A stretch of DNA of 64,000 bases from Callorhinchus milii (GCF_018977255.1 NW_024704743.1:94118001-94182000), one strand, 5' to 3'. Positions 37,964-51,547 are shown, counted from the stretch's first letter. The notes: generated by a model from the letters alone, not told the origin. Program-made: numbers and translations.

Positions 37964-40894
37964 AAGTGGCTCATAGAACTGTATCAAGTACTATCAGCAC
38001 AAACATGGACTTAATTGGGAACATGTGTAAAAATTAGTTCACATAAACTGGGGCACAAAAATTGCACTAATTCTCAGAAGAGATTTTAAACTCAAAATCC
38101 TTCAATTTCAAAATAAGATGAACATTAGTATTGAATCGAATAAAAATCTTCCCAAACTTGAATTGTAAAAATTACAGAAATGTATTTAACNAAAAAATTT
38201 AAACTATTGGCAACTGAGTGTTATAACACCAATACACTTTGTTACAAATGGCCAAGATGTGGTTCCTATGATTCTCCACAGAGTTGGTTACTGAACTCTG
38301 AGGTGTCATTTTACTTAAGAAAAATTAATTCAATAACCTACAATATATTTGATGTAGAACTTTTTTTAAAAATGGGAATGGATTTAAAAACCGCAATACC
38401 TACAAGTGTCTCGGCTTGAAGCTCAAAACATTTCCAGGCCTTAAACCCATTTCTGAATTTTCAATTAATAATAATAATCCCTGCACTCTCGCCTTATCAA
38501 GTCTTCGAGACGTCTCAAAGCGCTTCACAGAATTGACTGTATATTGTATGGGCGAAATTAGTCAACAACTTGCATTTACATAGCACCCTTCATGTAGGAT
38601 ACCATGTTGGGGCGGAAACCAAGTAGTTGGAGAAAAGACCATTGGCACTTTGAAGAGGTAGGTTAAAAGTGGGATTTAAAGACAGAGAGGGGCAGAGGCA
38701 GGGGAAGATGGAGAAAGTACACTGCTGGGTAGCTTTCCAAGAGAAATTTAAGGTGGTTTTATAACTTCCAGTGGTTAAAATTATGCTTGGTTCACTGAAG
38801 GAATTGCATACATTTAAAGATGAAGAATATAACGCTGCAGGGAAAGAGCAGGTAATTGGGGTTAGAATAGTTAGTTCCAGTGAAGGATTAAGAAATGATT
38901 CAAGTATCAAAATATCTTGGTTATGACTGAAGAACAACACTGGACTTTACATTTTCCCCCAAATAAAGGATGGTCTGAAAGAGTGACAAAGGGGGGAAAT
39001 ATATTCAGTAAAACACCAGTGTAAATGGTGCCTTTAAACTGGAAAAAAGCACCTCAGGACATAAAGGGTATCACCTGCAGAGAAGCACAAGTACATTCAA
39101 TGAGACCTCGGTTGGACACTAAGATTGCTTCAGAGCTGGGTGCTCTCAAATCAGAAAGGAGAGGCACTTTACTTCCCAAGTCACCATTATTGCTACAATT
39201 TTTCCAATAAGGGATCTTTCAACCCTTTAGTAAATATTTGATTTGGTCATCCAGCCTAGTCTGTCAATCAGACATATATTTTTACATATCGGGTATGTTG
39301 GCTAGGAAAATTAAACTTTTTTTTATTTCTGTATGTGGTATAAAACTATAGCAATAGATGTGTTGTGTCTGTATATGAAACTCCACCACACAAGGTTAAA
39401 CTGCAGACCTCAATAAAGGAAATGATATTCATGTACAAATGTTCTAACCAGTAATTCTTTATAAGGGTAAAAGTCTAAAAAAAGTTTAGATTGCATCTTT
39501 GAAAACTCTAATTGTAGGACAATGATAATATGCTTATATTGCTAAATGCAAAATGATTAGGAATATTAAAAGTGCTATATCGAATGCAAAGATTATTACT
39601 ACAAATAGCGCATTATCTTCCTATCATGTCAGATTTGATTTGAGAAACAGGTTAAGTCACTAGCTTTTCACCTTCGTGACCAAAGCAAGTCCAAATTGGT
39701 TGAATAAAAGCCTCTTCTCTCTGACTGTACACATGCAAAGTCAACTGAATTTTGCAATTCTGTAGATGAGAGTCCACAAATGAACTGCACAGAGATTTGC
39801 ACTCGTAACAATAACAATAGATTGTAAAAAGGGAAAGAAAAATCAGTCACGGTTGTTGTTCCTTTTCACAAACCAGTGGGCTCTGCTGGAAAGGGCATGC
39901 GTGAATATTAGGTAAGGCTAGAAATAGGCTCAGCTATGTTGCCCTCTCCTCCCCTTTCCAATAAAATAACCTGCCAGCACTCTCTAGGCTTGTACATGAT
40001 AAATGTCCACTTGACTGAAGAACCAGGGAACTGCAAGATCAATGGATCCATACTGAATCTGAGATACCATCTTCAGGAAAAAAAAATCAGGGGGTCGAGA
40101 AAGAGAAACAAAATAAGTACTGGTGTACAGCGTTAAAGTCAACTGCAAACATTTTTGAATGAGGTAACGCAATCTGTTTGGAGCATATGCATGCCTCCTG
40201 ACACTCAATGACTGTTTGTGGACACAAATAACATCAAGGTTGTTAAAAATGTTTGTCTATCAATATACTGACAATACAATAGAAAATAGAAAACAAAGAG
40301 GCGCAGCTTTAACTAATTCTGCTTTAAAAAACCTGAATGGAAATCACAAATGTGTTATTTTATTTATGCAGTGCTATGAAGCCTGCTGTGGTCTATTCTC
40401 ATAGTTAATCACGTCAATTGTAACCACAAAATATATTAAAAGCAGCGTAGAAAGGTCAGATGCAGATGCTGATACAGCTTTGCGTCTATGAAATTTTTGT
40501 CTATCATTACATAATCATTTCATGTCATCCGTCCATTGTTTCTATTCTTTTTCTAACAGACGCAATTTCTATTATCTCTTTCCTCCATCAATTGTTTCCG
40601 TTTTAACCACATTGCTGGTCAAAAATGTTACTAATATCATCACTTGCTTAGCTCAAAACCATCGAGGATGGAAAAAAAAGCAGACTTACATATCTGTTTC
40701 AGGTGCTAAATGTGCATCTGACCAAAATCTTGTAAACACTTGTTATTCGGTATATTTACTAAGTGTTTTCAAATAACATATAACCAAGACTACAGCCTTA
40801 TTTTAATAAGACACAATCCTCCGCAAGATTGGACCATTAATTAAATTATCTACGTGGGAACTAGATTTGCACTGTATTCAGTCTGGTATCAACA

Positions 40895-41270
40895 TGGCTC
40901 AATTGGTAGCACACTTGCCTTTGGGTCTGAAAACTGTGGATTCAAGTTCCACTTTGGGACTGTGTGCTCACAGTATAACCTGATACTCAAAATGAAGGAG
41001 AGCTGTATTGTCAGAGGTGTCGTCCTTTGGGTGAGACTTCGAAAACTAAGGTGCCGTTTGCCTGTTAAGGGGCACACTAAGATTCCATGACACTATTCAA
41101 AAAGTGAAGGTAATCCAATCTAACCAACAATCCTCCAGATCAATTGGTCATTCACTTCATGGCTGTGGGATATTAATGTGTGCAAATCGGCTGCCGCGTT
41201 CACCTACAAGTACACGGTATTGCGCTTCATAACAATTATCTGTGAAATGCTTTGAGGCATTGACATTATA
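40895..41270 (+). mobile_element. Deu-domain SINE (family B), diverged
   Basis: ggctcaattggtagcac head and Deu core. Confidence 0.78.
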
Positions 41271-41275
41271 GGTTC

Positions 41276-41590
41276 TAATAATAATAATCCTTGCATTTGG
41301 TGTAACGCTTTTTCACGTCTTCTAGACTTCTCAAAGCTCTTCATAGAACAGACTGTAAAATGAAACGACTGTATATTTTGGGCGAAACGCAGCAGCCAAT
41401 TGCGCACAGCAGTGTCCTACAAACAGTTGTGGATTGAAGTGACCACTTTATTATTGTATTGTTTTCTTCAGGTATTATTATCAGGTGTGTGGAGAAAGGT
41501 AACTTGCCCAAGGTTTCGCCCTGCCCGGAATCAAACCCAGGTCTCTCGCTTGCTTGGCGAGTTCTCTAACCACTGAGCTACAGGACTCCT
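41276..41590 (-). mobile_element. SINE family A, internal-deletion variant
   Basis: Head and tail intact; lacks the acctagcagtaagtagg block. Confidence 0.85.
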
Positions 41591-41884
41591 GGATACCTCA
41601 GTTTAAAATTAATGAGTGGGACGAGATGCACGGAGAGCGGTTGAGCCATGTCATTGGACTTATATTTTTTTTAAAAAGTTTGATGCTGTGAATGAGAAGA
41701 CAGTGGGTATTCTTGAAGGATGACGTCAAATGGACGGCAGGGCTTTCTTCAAAAACTATTCTGTGATCTTGTGGATCGTAGTAGGGCTATATATTATGAT
41801 GTCAACATTATTAACAGGACACAAATAAAATTTGCTTCCCATCAATTTTAAACAGCCAGAGATAGAGCCTCAGCAGGATGGGAG

Positions 41885-41922
<38 letters not shown>

Positions 41923-42235
41923 CCTTGCATTTGATATAGTGCTTTTCACGTTGGGAGGACGTCCCAAAGCGCTTCACAGAACACACAGTAAAGTGAATTG
42001 ACTGTATATTTGTGGGCGAACGCGGCAGCCAATTGCGCACAGCAATGTCCCACAAACAGTCGTAGATTGAAAATGACCAATTTAATTATTGTTTTTAGTT
42101 TTTTTTGGAGGGATTATTATTAGGCTCTGTGTGGAGTAAAGAAACTTGCCCAAGGTTTCGCCCTGACTGCCTGGAATTGAACTCAGGTCTCTCACTTGCA
42201 AAGCGAGTGCTCTAACCACTGAGCTACAGGACTCC
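41885..42235 (-). mobile_element. SINE family A, deletion variant with an L2-type loop and a long tail
   Basis: About 12 AAT units at 41885-41922; minus-strand tail gggacgtcctcccaacgtgaaaag. Confidence 0.9.
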
Positions 42236-42808
42236 ACAGGAGATGTGGAGATGAGGTAAGAAGTGGCCAAAGGCACGGTCAGAGATATTTCTTTAAACTG
42301 GTTTCAAAAACAGAGGGAGGGTGTAAGCCGGAGGGAATAGCCAACAGCTGAGCTATGAGGTCATTACGCTTCATACAACATTCAGTACCGTCAATGCAAC
42401 ACCCCACTATCAGTGATTCAACTGGACCAACACTTTTCTTCCACAACCTGTCCCAGGCAGGCATAAACCCTAAAGACAGTCAGCATTGACAAGGACATTA
42501 TAACCAATGGATTTAAGCAGATGTTTACTCACTCAGATAGATCATAAGGATAACTTATGTGGAAATGGGAATGTACTATTAAAGCAATTGGATGCTATTG
42601 TGAAGTTAAAACAGATTTTTCGGGAGAGTGTCTTTCCCTCCATATTTAGCTATACTGCACCTGACTTGAAGGTGTTTGATACCAGAAACAAATGGCAAAT
42701 TAGAAAAAGATTTTATTTCCAAGTACTGACATCTTGATAACCATAAAAGGTCAACCCCTTTCCCCAAAAAACTATTGATTTATTTCAAAGCAGCTCATTG
42801 ACATAGAC

Positions 42809-43509
42809 CAGCATGGTCCAACAGGTGGCCCACGGGCTGCAACCAGACCGGTGGATAATTTTGTCCAGCCCGCAAACCATTTCTAACTTCACTGTTTTAC
42901 CTACCTGGCTGTGCCTCTCTTGTGTTTGGTCTCCATGAGGCAGTGTGGAGAGTGACAGGAAGAGGAGCGAGCAGGAGAAATCTGCCCCTCCTTGTCACAT
43001 TTTGGGCTACCTTGAGCAACCTGGTGAGATGCAGCGAGCAGCAGCAGAAGTATTTTGCAATTCTAAAACTACAGAACTATGAGTCTCAGCAGGAAACTTA
43101 AGATATATATGAAAAATCAAGGATTTCAGTGAAAGTGGGAAGTGAAAATAATGGGAAACCTCAGTGCCTTGTTTGCTTACAAGTCATATCTGTGTTGAAG
43201 GAGTTCAGAATTAGTTTTGCAATTATGGATTAATCCGTTTGGGTTTTGTTGAGCATTCTCTGTACTGGCCTCCATATGGTGAGTTGATATCTTGCATTTT
43301 GACATTAATACATTAAAAACATTTATGCATATATTTCCATTTGAGGTGATCATTATTAAGTAACACAGTCACACAATTTAAAACATAGGATTTCTATATA
43401 ATTTTTTATGTTTCTGGAAGGGAGAAACAAAAATATTGCTCATGTGGCCCACGGACATTTCTCAAGTGCGGCATCTGGCCCTCGACACACAAAAGGTTGG
43501 ACCACCCTG
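42809..43509 (+). mobile_element. Internally deleted hAT (Charlie/SPIN-like) DNA transposon with a transposase N-terminal remnant
   Basis: Terminal inverted repeats CAGCATGGTCCAA/TTGGACCACCCTG; 8-bp target duplication acatagac/acacagac; 43079-43141 reads MSLSRKLKIYMKNQGFQ*KWE and 43144-43206 reads ENNGKPQCLVCLQVISVLKEF. Confidence 0.88.
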
Positions 43510-44199
43510 ACACAGACCATGATCAGAATAAGAAGAAACTGAAGGCATTGTTCTGTTCATTTCAGAATACATTTTCAACTGAGATATCTTGTAAAGCACA
43601 CAAATACAAAGAAGCCATTAACTTTTTGCTTGAGCTCATTCAGGATCACTGATGAAAACCAACTGACTTCATTCACACTCTGTGTACTCAGTGGCCTTTC
43701 TGGCTTTTCCCCATTCATTCCCTTTTCTGGCCTCTGAAGTAAAATACTGGAAACGGATTCAGTCATAGAGCCGCCCTGTAGTTGTCTCCAAGCCAAACTC
43801 CAATGGTAATACGTTAACCACAGAATGCGGACATTAAATCTGCTTCTGCAACAGAAAGTCTGTCATCACTCAGTCTCAGAACCAGGAAATACAGCATAAC
43901 AAAACTGGGAAGGGTTACCTGAATCCTCCAATTTCTCCTAACTCATTTGCATACAAGTGGAAATGTAGACCAGATTTCCTGTTGAAACACAATTGACCTC
44001 AACCAGCTTTAGTTAAACTATGAACAAGGAAGACTTGCTGAGGGAACAAACATTGACATTGTCAAACAGTTCAAGTAAACAGATTTAACCAAAACTTGTA
44101 CAGAAATAATTATTTTGTTAAATCTCTTTTTCAGTTTGGAACGCAATCTAATTTATCATAGTGAATGTCCGGAAAAAAAATTATGATTATGACTTATTT

Positions 44200-44630
44200 A
44201 AATTTAAATATAGTTTACCCCTTGAATAGTTTTAAATGCAGTCATAAATGAAGGTATAACTTATTAAAGGACAATTCTCTCTCGTATGTCCCAAATTTTA
44301 CTTCCTTCAGACCATTCTGAAATTCAGAGTTCAGAAATCCATACACTACTCAGTGACAAAAGGGCATCAATTTAAAATAGTTAGCAATAAAGCAAATGAG
44401 AAGGTTAAGATTTTTTTCACGCACAGTGGTTAGAATACGAAAAGCTCTACTGGGAGCAGTGGTTGAGGCAGAATCCATATTAGCTTTCAAAAGGGAATCA
44501 AGATAATTTTTAAAAAGTCAGCTACAGGGTATGGAGAAAGGGGAGATAAACTGAACTGAAAGAATTGCTCTTTAAAAGAGCCAAAGCAGACACAATGGGC
44601 CGAATGGCTGCGCTGTAAATTTCTATGGTT
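44200..44630 (+). mobile_element. Old CR1 3' fragment
   Basis: Degenerate match to the CR1 ORF2 end and 3' UTR seen at 455-606 and 60385-60872. Confidence 0.7.
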
Positions 44631-45016
44631 CTTTGGAGTCCCATCATCAATACAACATTGTTGGCTTCAATGTAGATCTAACTTATACAGTCTAGATCTG
44701 CCTATTCATTCCACCATCTTTCAGCCATTTTGCCCTCACTCTCTTGGATACCATCCCTCTGTCTTGCTCCCTCCCTCCCTCTTTCAAGGCACATCTAAAA
44801 ATGTATTCTTTAACTGCCCATTTGGTCATCTTTCCCCTCCCCACCCACTTTGGCTCCCAGCCAGCACTGTGAAGTGCTTTGAGACTTTCTCTGATGTAAA
44901 AGGTGCAGTATAAATGCAACTTGTACACAATAAAACTCATATAAGTCGTATCAGTTGGAACCATAGCATTTTATATGAAATATGCCAAGCCCGAATTGCA
45001 GGTAAACTGTATGTCG

Positions 45017-45331
45017 TATAAACTCCAATTTAATCAATAATCTACACTGCGCATGCATAATTCAATGCAGCTGGTAAGTGGGCACGCGATGATGGGTCAA
45101 CACTACATTTCCTGTGATTCAATGCGTCTTGATCCATCGTCGCATGCGTACTTACCGCGTTGGGATTGCAATAAATCGCAGAAAGTGAAGTTCTGTGCAT
45201 GTGTTGACGGATCAAGACTACATTTCCTGCAATTCAATGCAGCCGGACAGTAAATGTGCAAGTGTCGATGGGTCAGGTTGTCATTTCCCGCAATTCAATG
45301 CAGCCAGTAAGTGTGGGAGTAATGGGAGTAA
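45017..45331. repeat. Array of degenerate ~57-bp units in direct and inverted orientation
   Basis: The motif (ACTAC)ATTTCCyGcrATTCAATGC recurs near 45057 (partial), 45102, 45217 and 45281, with an inverted unit at about 45126-45193. Confidence 0.75.
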
Positions 45332-46603
45332 GATTAGGGAAACGATGTTACGAGGTAGGAGGTGATTAATACGAGCAGTGCAAATAAATCAAAGTAGTTT
45401 TGATAGGAAACTGAATGGGACTCAGGTGAATGTATGACTTTGGCAATTATACGATTTATAAAGATAAGACTTAATTTGAATATGAATTTTATTGTATTGT
45501 AGATTGTATCTTCAATGTCCATCTAAATAGGCATTATAGGACCTCAGTTTAACCTCTCACCCATAGGAAGGCATCTCCAAAAATGCAGATCGCTCCAGCC
45601 CCACACTGAACTGTCTGCCTAGGCTGTGGTTTCAAAGTCCTGTCGTGATCCTTGAACCCACATCCTTCTGACTCAGAGGCGAGAATGCTATCAACTGAGC
45701 TAGGCTCCTCTCTGGCTTACCATAAAACTGCAAATAAAAGAGATAACTTTTATAGTTATAAGACAGCTTAAGTGAACAAAGTAAGTGAATGAAGAAAGAG
45801 AAGTGAGAGAAATACAGAACCAGATATTGCAAGAGGAAACTAGGAAGATAGCTCAAAAAAAAGAGATATCTTAATTTGATATAGTTTCTTATCACCTCAT
45901 TGAGACTTTTCAAAGTGCTTCATGGGATAAACAGTAAAGTTGTTTACTGTATTTTGTGGGTGAAGATGCAATCAGCCAATTTGAGCACAGAACGTCTCAC
46001 AAACAGCTATAGAGTGAGTGACCATTTTGTATTTAAGGGATTGCTGGTCAAGACACTGGGAGATATTCCTTTCTCTATGCTAGCTTCACATGGATAGTAA
46101 GCCCTCCCGAATCCTATTCAAAATAAGTTTAAATGTCCTGTTGTGTACTCAACTGGTGCAGATGTTTCCTGTTTCAGACATCTTTTAGTCAATCTGTTTC
46201 ATTTCCTATAGCTGTACCGGTTACAGTTTCGCTTGCAACCAAAGCATTCAATATGGAATGTAGATTGACACACAAGACACAAAGACGGACATTTCGTCTT
46301 CATCTATTCTCAGCTGGGAGGACTCCTTTTTGGAGGACTCAGTGGGAGGACTTCTTTAATATATTTTCTCTCCCAGTCTCTCTCTGTCGCTCTCCCAGTC
46401 TCCCCCCTCTCTCTCAGTCTCTCTCCCAGTCTCCCTCTCTCTGTGTTGTCTCTCTTTCTCTCTCTGTGTCTCTCAGTCTCTCTTTCTCAGTCTTTCTTTG
46501 TCTCTCCCACAAAACACACAGTCACTACACTTTATAATATATTTTCTCTCACAGTCTCTCTCTCCGTCTGTCCCATATTGGAGGACTCTAGCTCCCATGA
46601 CAA

Positions 46604-46876
<273 letters not shown>

Positions 46877-47295
46877 GATCTATCGATCTATCTATCGATC
46901 GATCGATCGTTGCTCCCATGACAACCATCGATCGATCGATAGATCGATAGATAGGGAAAGAGTGAGAGCAGAGAGAGAGTATGAAAGGGGATGAAGAGAA
47001 TGGGATGTCTGTGGGAGTGAGAGAGTAATTGAGAGGGAGAGAGTGTGTGAGAGAGAAAAGACGGGGTATAGAGAGAGTGATTGAGAGAGACAGATAGAGA
47101 GAGAAGGGAGAGTGATTGAGAGTGGGAGAACATGAGAGGCGGTAAGAGAGAAAAAGAGTGAGAGAGCAGAGAGAGAATAGAATTGAGGGCAGCGTTTTGC
47201 GGTTCACTGTCAGGGCAGACGATCGGAGCTTCCCTCAGCCGTTGCGGGCCGAACACCGAGTGACAGGCTGTACAATTTCCTCAGTGAAAAATTTC

Positions 47296-47751
47296 TCCAC
47301 GTCCTTCATTTCACTACCCACTACCCACCCTATCTCTGCAATGTCCCGACCCAGCCTTTCCCTTTGCCCAGCAAACACCAGCTTATTTCATGTCCCCCCA
47401 CCCCATCTGCACCACCATCGCCATTTTGCCCCCGCTCCCTGGAGTTCCATTCCTGGAGTCTCTCTGACTCACTCCCTCCCCTCTTTCAAGGTACATCAAG
47501 ACCTAACTCTTTGACCACGCTTTTGATCATCTTTTCTCCTCCCTATCCCACCTCTCGCTGCTCCCATCCTAGGCTTAGGTGCCCGGCTGACAGTGTTGAG
47601 CGTTTTGAGATGTCCTTTCAACATGAAAAAGGTGTTGTGTAAATGTTGTTATATTTCTGGAAGGGAAACACAGAATATTGCTTACGCGGCCCGCGGACCT
47701 TTCTCAATTAGGAAATGTGGCCCTAGGCAGCGAAAAAGTTAGACCACCCTG
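47296..47751 (+). mobile_element. Right half of the composite hAT+L2 element
   Basis: Aligns to 9207-9604; ends TTAGACCACCCTG followed by ctctaggt, a Charlie-type target site. Confidence 0.82.
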
Positions 47752-47783
47752 CTCTAGGTCAACAAGAATGAAGTGGAGTTATT

Positions 47784-48150
47784 GGGGAGTCCTGTAGTTC
47801 AGTGGTTAGAGCATTCACCTCACAATCGAGAGAACATGAGTTTGATTCCCGGGCAAGTTTAGGCAAGTTTCCTTACTTCACACGCCTCTGTTTACCTAGG
47901 TAGGAACCCGGTAGTTAGTCGATTGGCGGATTGTTTTTCCTGGGGTAATAATCTCTTTTAAAAAAAATTGTCACTCAATCCAAGACTGTTTGTGGGACAC
48001 TGCTGTGTGCAATTGGCTGCTGCATTTCGGCCATAAAATATACAGTCAATTCACTTTACAGTATATTCTGTGAAGCGCTTTGAGACGCCTTGAAGATGTG
48101 ATAAGGTGCTATATCAAGCGCAATTCTGTAGAGCAATTATTATTATTATT
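47784..48150 (+). mobile_element. SINE family A
   Basis: Full head-to-tail match to 37591-37963. Confidence 0.9.
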
Positions 48151-48324
48151 GCTCTACAATTTTAAAATGCAGATGTCTGATAGGGGAAAGCCAAACAATG
48201 CATTTGTACGAAGATAATGTGAGCATAGTTTAGAGGAAACTGAAGAACATTTTTCATAACAAACTGAGCACAGCCTCAACTGACAATCTTTGCCAGTGTC
48301 TCAGGCAGCTAAATAATAAATAAA

Positions 48325-48817
48325 TAATAATAAACCTTGCATTTGATATAGTGTTTTTCACATCTCCTAGACATCTCAAACCGCTTCACAGAATATACTG
48401 TAACGTGAATTGAATGAATACTTTGTCGGCGAAATGAGGCAGCCAATTGCGCACAACTGTGTCCCACAAACAGCTGTGGATTGAAATGACCAATTTATTA
48501 TTTTTTATTATTAAGAAATTATTACCCGTGGAAAAGCAATCCGCCAATCGACTAACAACTGGGTTCCTAACTTAAGGCTAGGTAAAGAGAGTTGTGTGGA
48601 GTAAGGAAACTTGTCTAACATTTCGCCTTTTTCGCAATATGTAGCAAACAGTGAGGATTTTTTGCCTCATGGGCGAAATGCAGCAGCCAATCGTGCACAG
48701 CAGTGTCCCACAAACAGTCATCGATTGAGTGACCTAATTCTTATTTTTTTGTAATTTTCTTGAGAGATTATTATCAGGCATGTGGAGTAAGGAAACTTGC
48801 CCAAGGTTTCGCCCTGC
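48325..48817 (-). mobile_element. Two partial SINE family A copies
   Basis: 48325-48630 is the standard type; 48670-48817 is the deletion variant. Confidence 0.82.
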
Positions 48818-50309
48818 AAGTTCAGAGACAATAGTATGATATATTGTGTCTCTGCTGTTATGTAAAATAGAATTTACAGGGAAAGTGCAAAAGAGATAGG
48901 ATTTTACATTGCTCGCGTCACACCGAGGATTAGAAAATACTCTTTGCTTCTTTAGATCCTGGACTCAAATCTGGCCCAGACTCGTATGAGGAGATACACT
49001 ATACTGCTCGTAAGATGTCTAAAATATTTACGATAGTATTAATTCAGAACGTGGTGGGTGTGAGTTCACTGCACAAAATGACCGATTGGTCCTACTGTAC
49101 AATGTACAATATGAAGAAGTCATAAGTATAAGGAATGAACATGTCACACTGATGGAGCACAAGCTGCTCTACTTTGGCTAAGACTGGAACAGTGGGAAGG
49201 TAGCTCTGCTGTGTAATTAATCCATTAAATATCAGACCTGATAGTGAATAAAGAATTCCCCTGCTTGGCCTCCCTTTACTTAATAAGACATTGATAAATA
49301 AATGAGCTACAAATGTTTCAATGTTTTCATTGAGAGTATAATCAAAACACAACAGCAAATTTGCAGTCAATAGAATGCTGTCTCGTCCTTGAATTAGGAG
49401 CTCGCCCTCAGTTATAACTTTGTGTTCAACTCATATTTCACAGTAAATTACAGCATCACTAAGTAACCTACTTTATTTTGGTTACGAAATTGATATTGAA
49501 ACGTATTTCTGTGTGAAATGTGCAGATTTTTGAAATAACAGAGAGTAGACTGAAACGTCATGTAACAAAATTACTTAATACCATCGATACACCAACAAAT
49601 GACATTTGTATAGCACCTTTCACATCAGATACTTAATTTAAATTCCACTGGATTCTGCCAGCCCAGTCAGCAAGCCCAACGATTTATCCAATCATTAAAA
49701 CTGCACACAGAGATAGGGCTTGGTTGGTCTGTAGCACTTTCAAGTAATCTTAGTCAATTCTGGAAGTTCATGGCACAAAGTTGTGACAGAATCCAGCAAT
49801 TCAAGACAAAGCTAATTGTCAAACAAAGAAATGCCTACCCGTTTTGGGTAGCTATAATTAAAGGAGCATGTCATGAAATGCAGTTTAATAAACCTTTTAT
49901 TTACAGGTCTTTAAGGAGTGAGAAAAGTTAGAATATTTGTGTCATTTTGATATTATATACAATATTTAATTATGTGTTTAGATGCAATTTACAACAACAG
50001 CTTGCAATTACAGTATAGAGCACCATTCATGCAGGGTTGTGCCTCGGATTACTTATGCTGATGTTAACAAAAGTGACATTGGTTTATGCCAACTGATGTG
50101 TTTGTATAGATGGAAAAACATTACTTCTTATTTATGAATGCAGTGTCTCTTTAAAACTCTGGTATTGCTTTACTGAATTGAGTAAAATAGATGCAACGCT
50201 TAACCTACTTAACTATGAATAATAATCTTTGCATTTGACATAACACCTTTTACATTGGGAGGATTATTTATTTTTAAATATTTCCGCAGCTTGATCACGA
50301 GAATATTAC

Positions 50310-50580
50310 TAATAATCCTTGCATTTTAATATAATAATATAGCGCCTTATCATGTTGTTAAGACATCTGAAATCGCTTCACAGGATATAGTGTAAAGTGT
50401 ATTTTGTGGGCGAACATGGCAGCATTGTTTCACAAACAGCCACGGAGTGAATGACCAATTTTTTATTTTATTTGTGGGATTTGTTGGCCTGGACGCCAGG
50501 AGAAACTCCCTTCTCTTTTCGAATTGTACCATGGGATCTTTAACGTCCACCTAAACAGGCAGACGGAATCTCAGTTTAAC
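50310..50580 (-). mobile_element. Deu-domain SINE (family B), 5'-truncated
   Basis: Deu core ccatgggatctttaacgtccacct plus tail. Confidence 0.8.
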
Positions 50581-51547
50581 ACCACCAGGCAATGCTCACG
50601 AAGCTGCTGAAAGAAAGCAAACTACCTTCCTGAAACAAGTAGTTGTCAGCCGCTGCATCGCATTGTAAAAATATATGATGTTTTGTTTGTACAAAGCTGC
50701 AAATTTTGTAAAAAGGTACAATTACATGTGCGTTACTTGCAGTACTCTTACTCATTAAGATGTAATCTTCAGACCACAGTACCAGAAAACCCAATGAGGG
50801 TTCACAATAGGTTTTCACAATAGCTTTCTTCCTAATGAATTGTTAATGCAGAAGGATGTCGCAAGCAATAGCACTGATTCTGATTCTGCTCAAACATGAA
50901 TGCTGAAAGTGGCCTTTGAGGACCTAGACATCAAATTAATCATGAAACAGGATGATGTCCTTGCAAACGGAATTACCAACCAATGCAGAATACATCTCTT
51001 TATACAGTTATGTTGCAAAATGTCTTGAATACAATCGCTAATCCTGTCATTTCTGTTCCAAGATTTATTTTTAAATCAGTTTGATGTTGGTCTGCAAACT
51101 CACCTCATTCAGCATTTTATTTGCAAAATATATTTTATCCTCCCTTGTTTTTTTCATTTACTACACCACACAACTTCCCCTCCCTTCTTTTTGACGCAGC
51201 CCTAACCGCAACTGAGCACTTGTCCCTGGTGGCCTGTCTGAGTTCAAAACTTGCCACGTGCAAAATCGTAATAGTATTATGGGCGCTTTGTTTTTTTTTA
51301 AATTGTTGTTCACCTGCCCACAGCATTGAGGTAGCCTTCCTAGCTCAACCCTCTAAAAACTCCAGATTATCAAGAATTCCACAGCCCATATTCTTTCTCA
51401 TACTAGGCTACCCAAGCCCATCACTCCCCATCTTCATCAGGCACCACTGGCTGCCTATTCAAACTCAGAATCCTCATTCTAAAAGCCTCCCACTCTGACC
51501 CAGTGAAGTGTTTCAGACATTATTCTATGTGAAATGCACTATATATT

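Noticed and set aside
35942..38191. Two single N bases (35942 and 38191)
   Set aside because: These are assembly ambiguities next to homopolymers and carry no biological signal.
45040..45310. CRISPR-like repeat-spacer array (also considered for 16245-16395)
   Set aside because: The repeats are degenerate, the spacers resemble each other, one unit is inverted, there are no cas genes and the context is a vertebrate intron.
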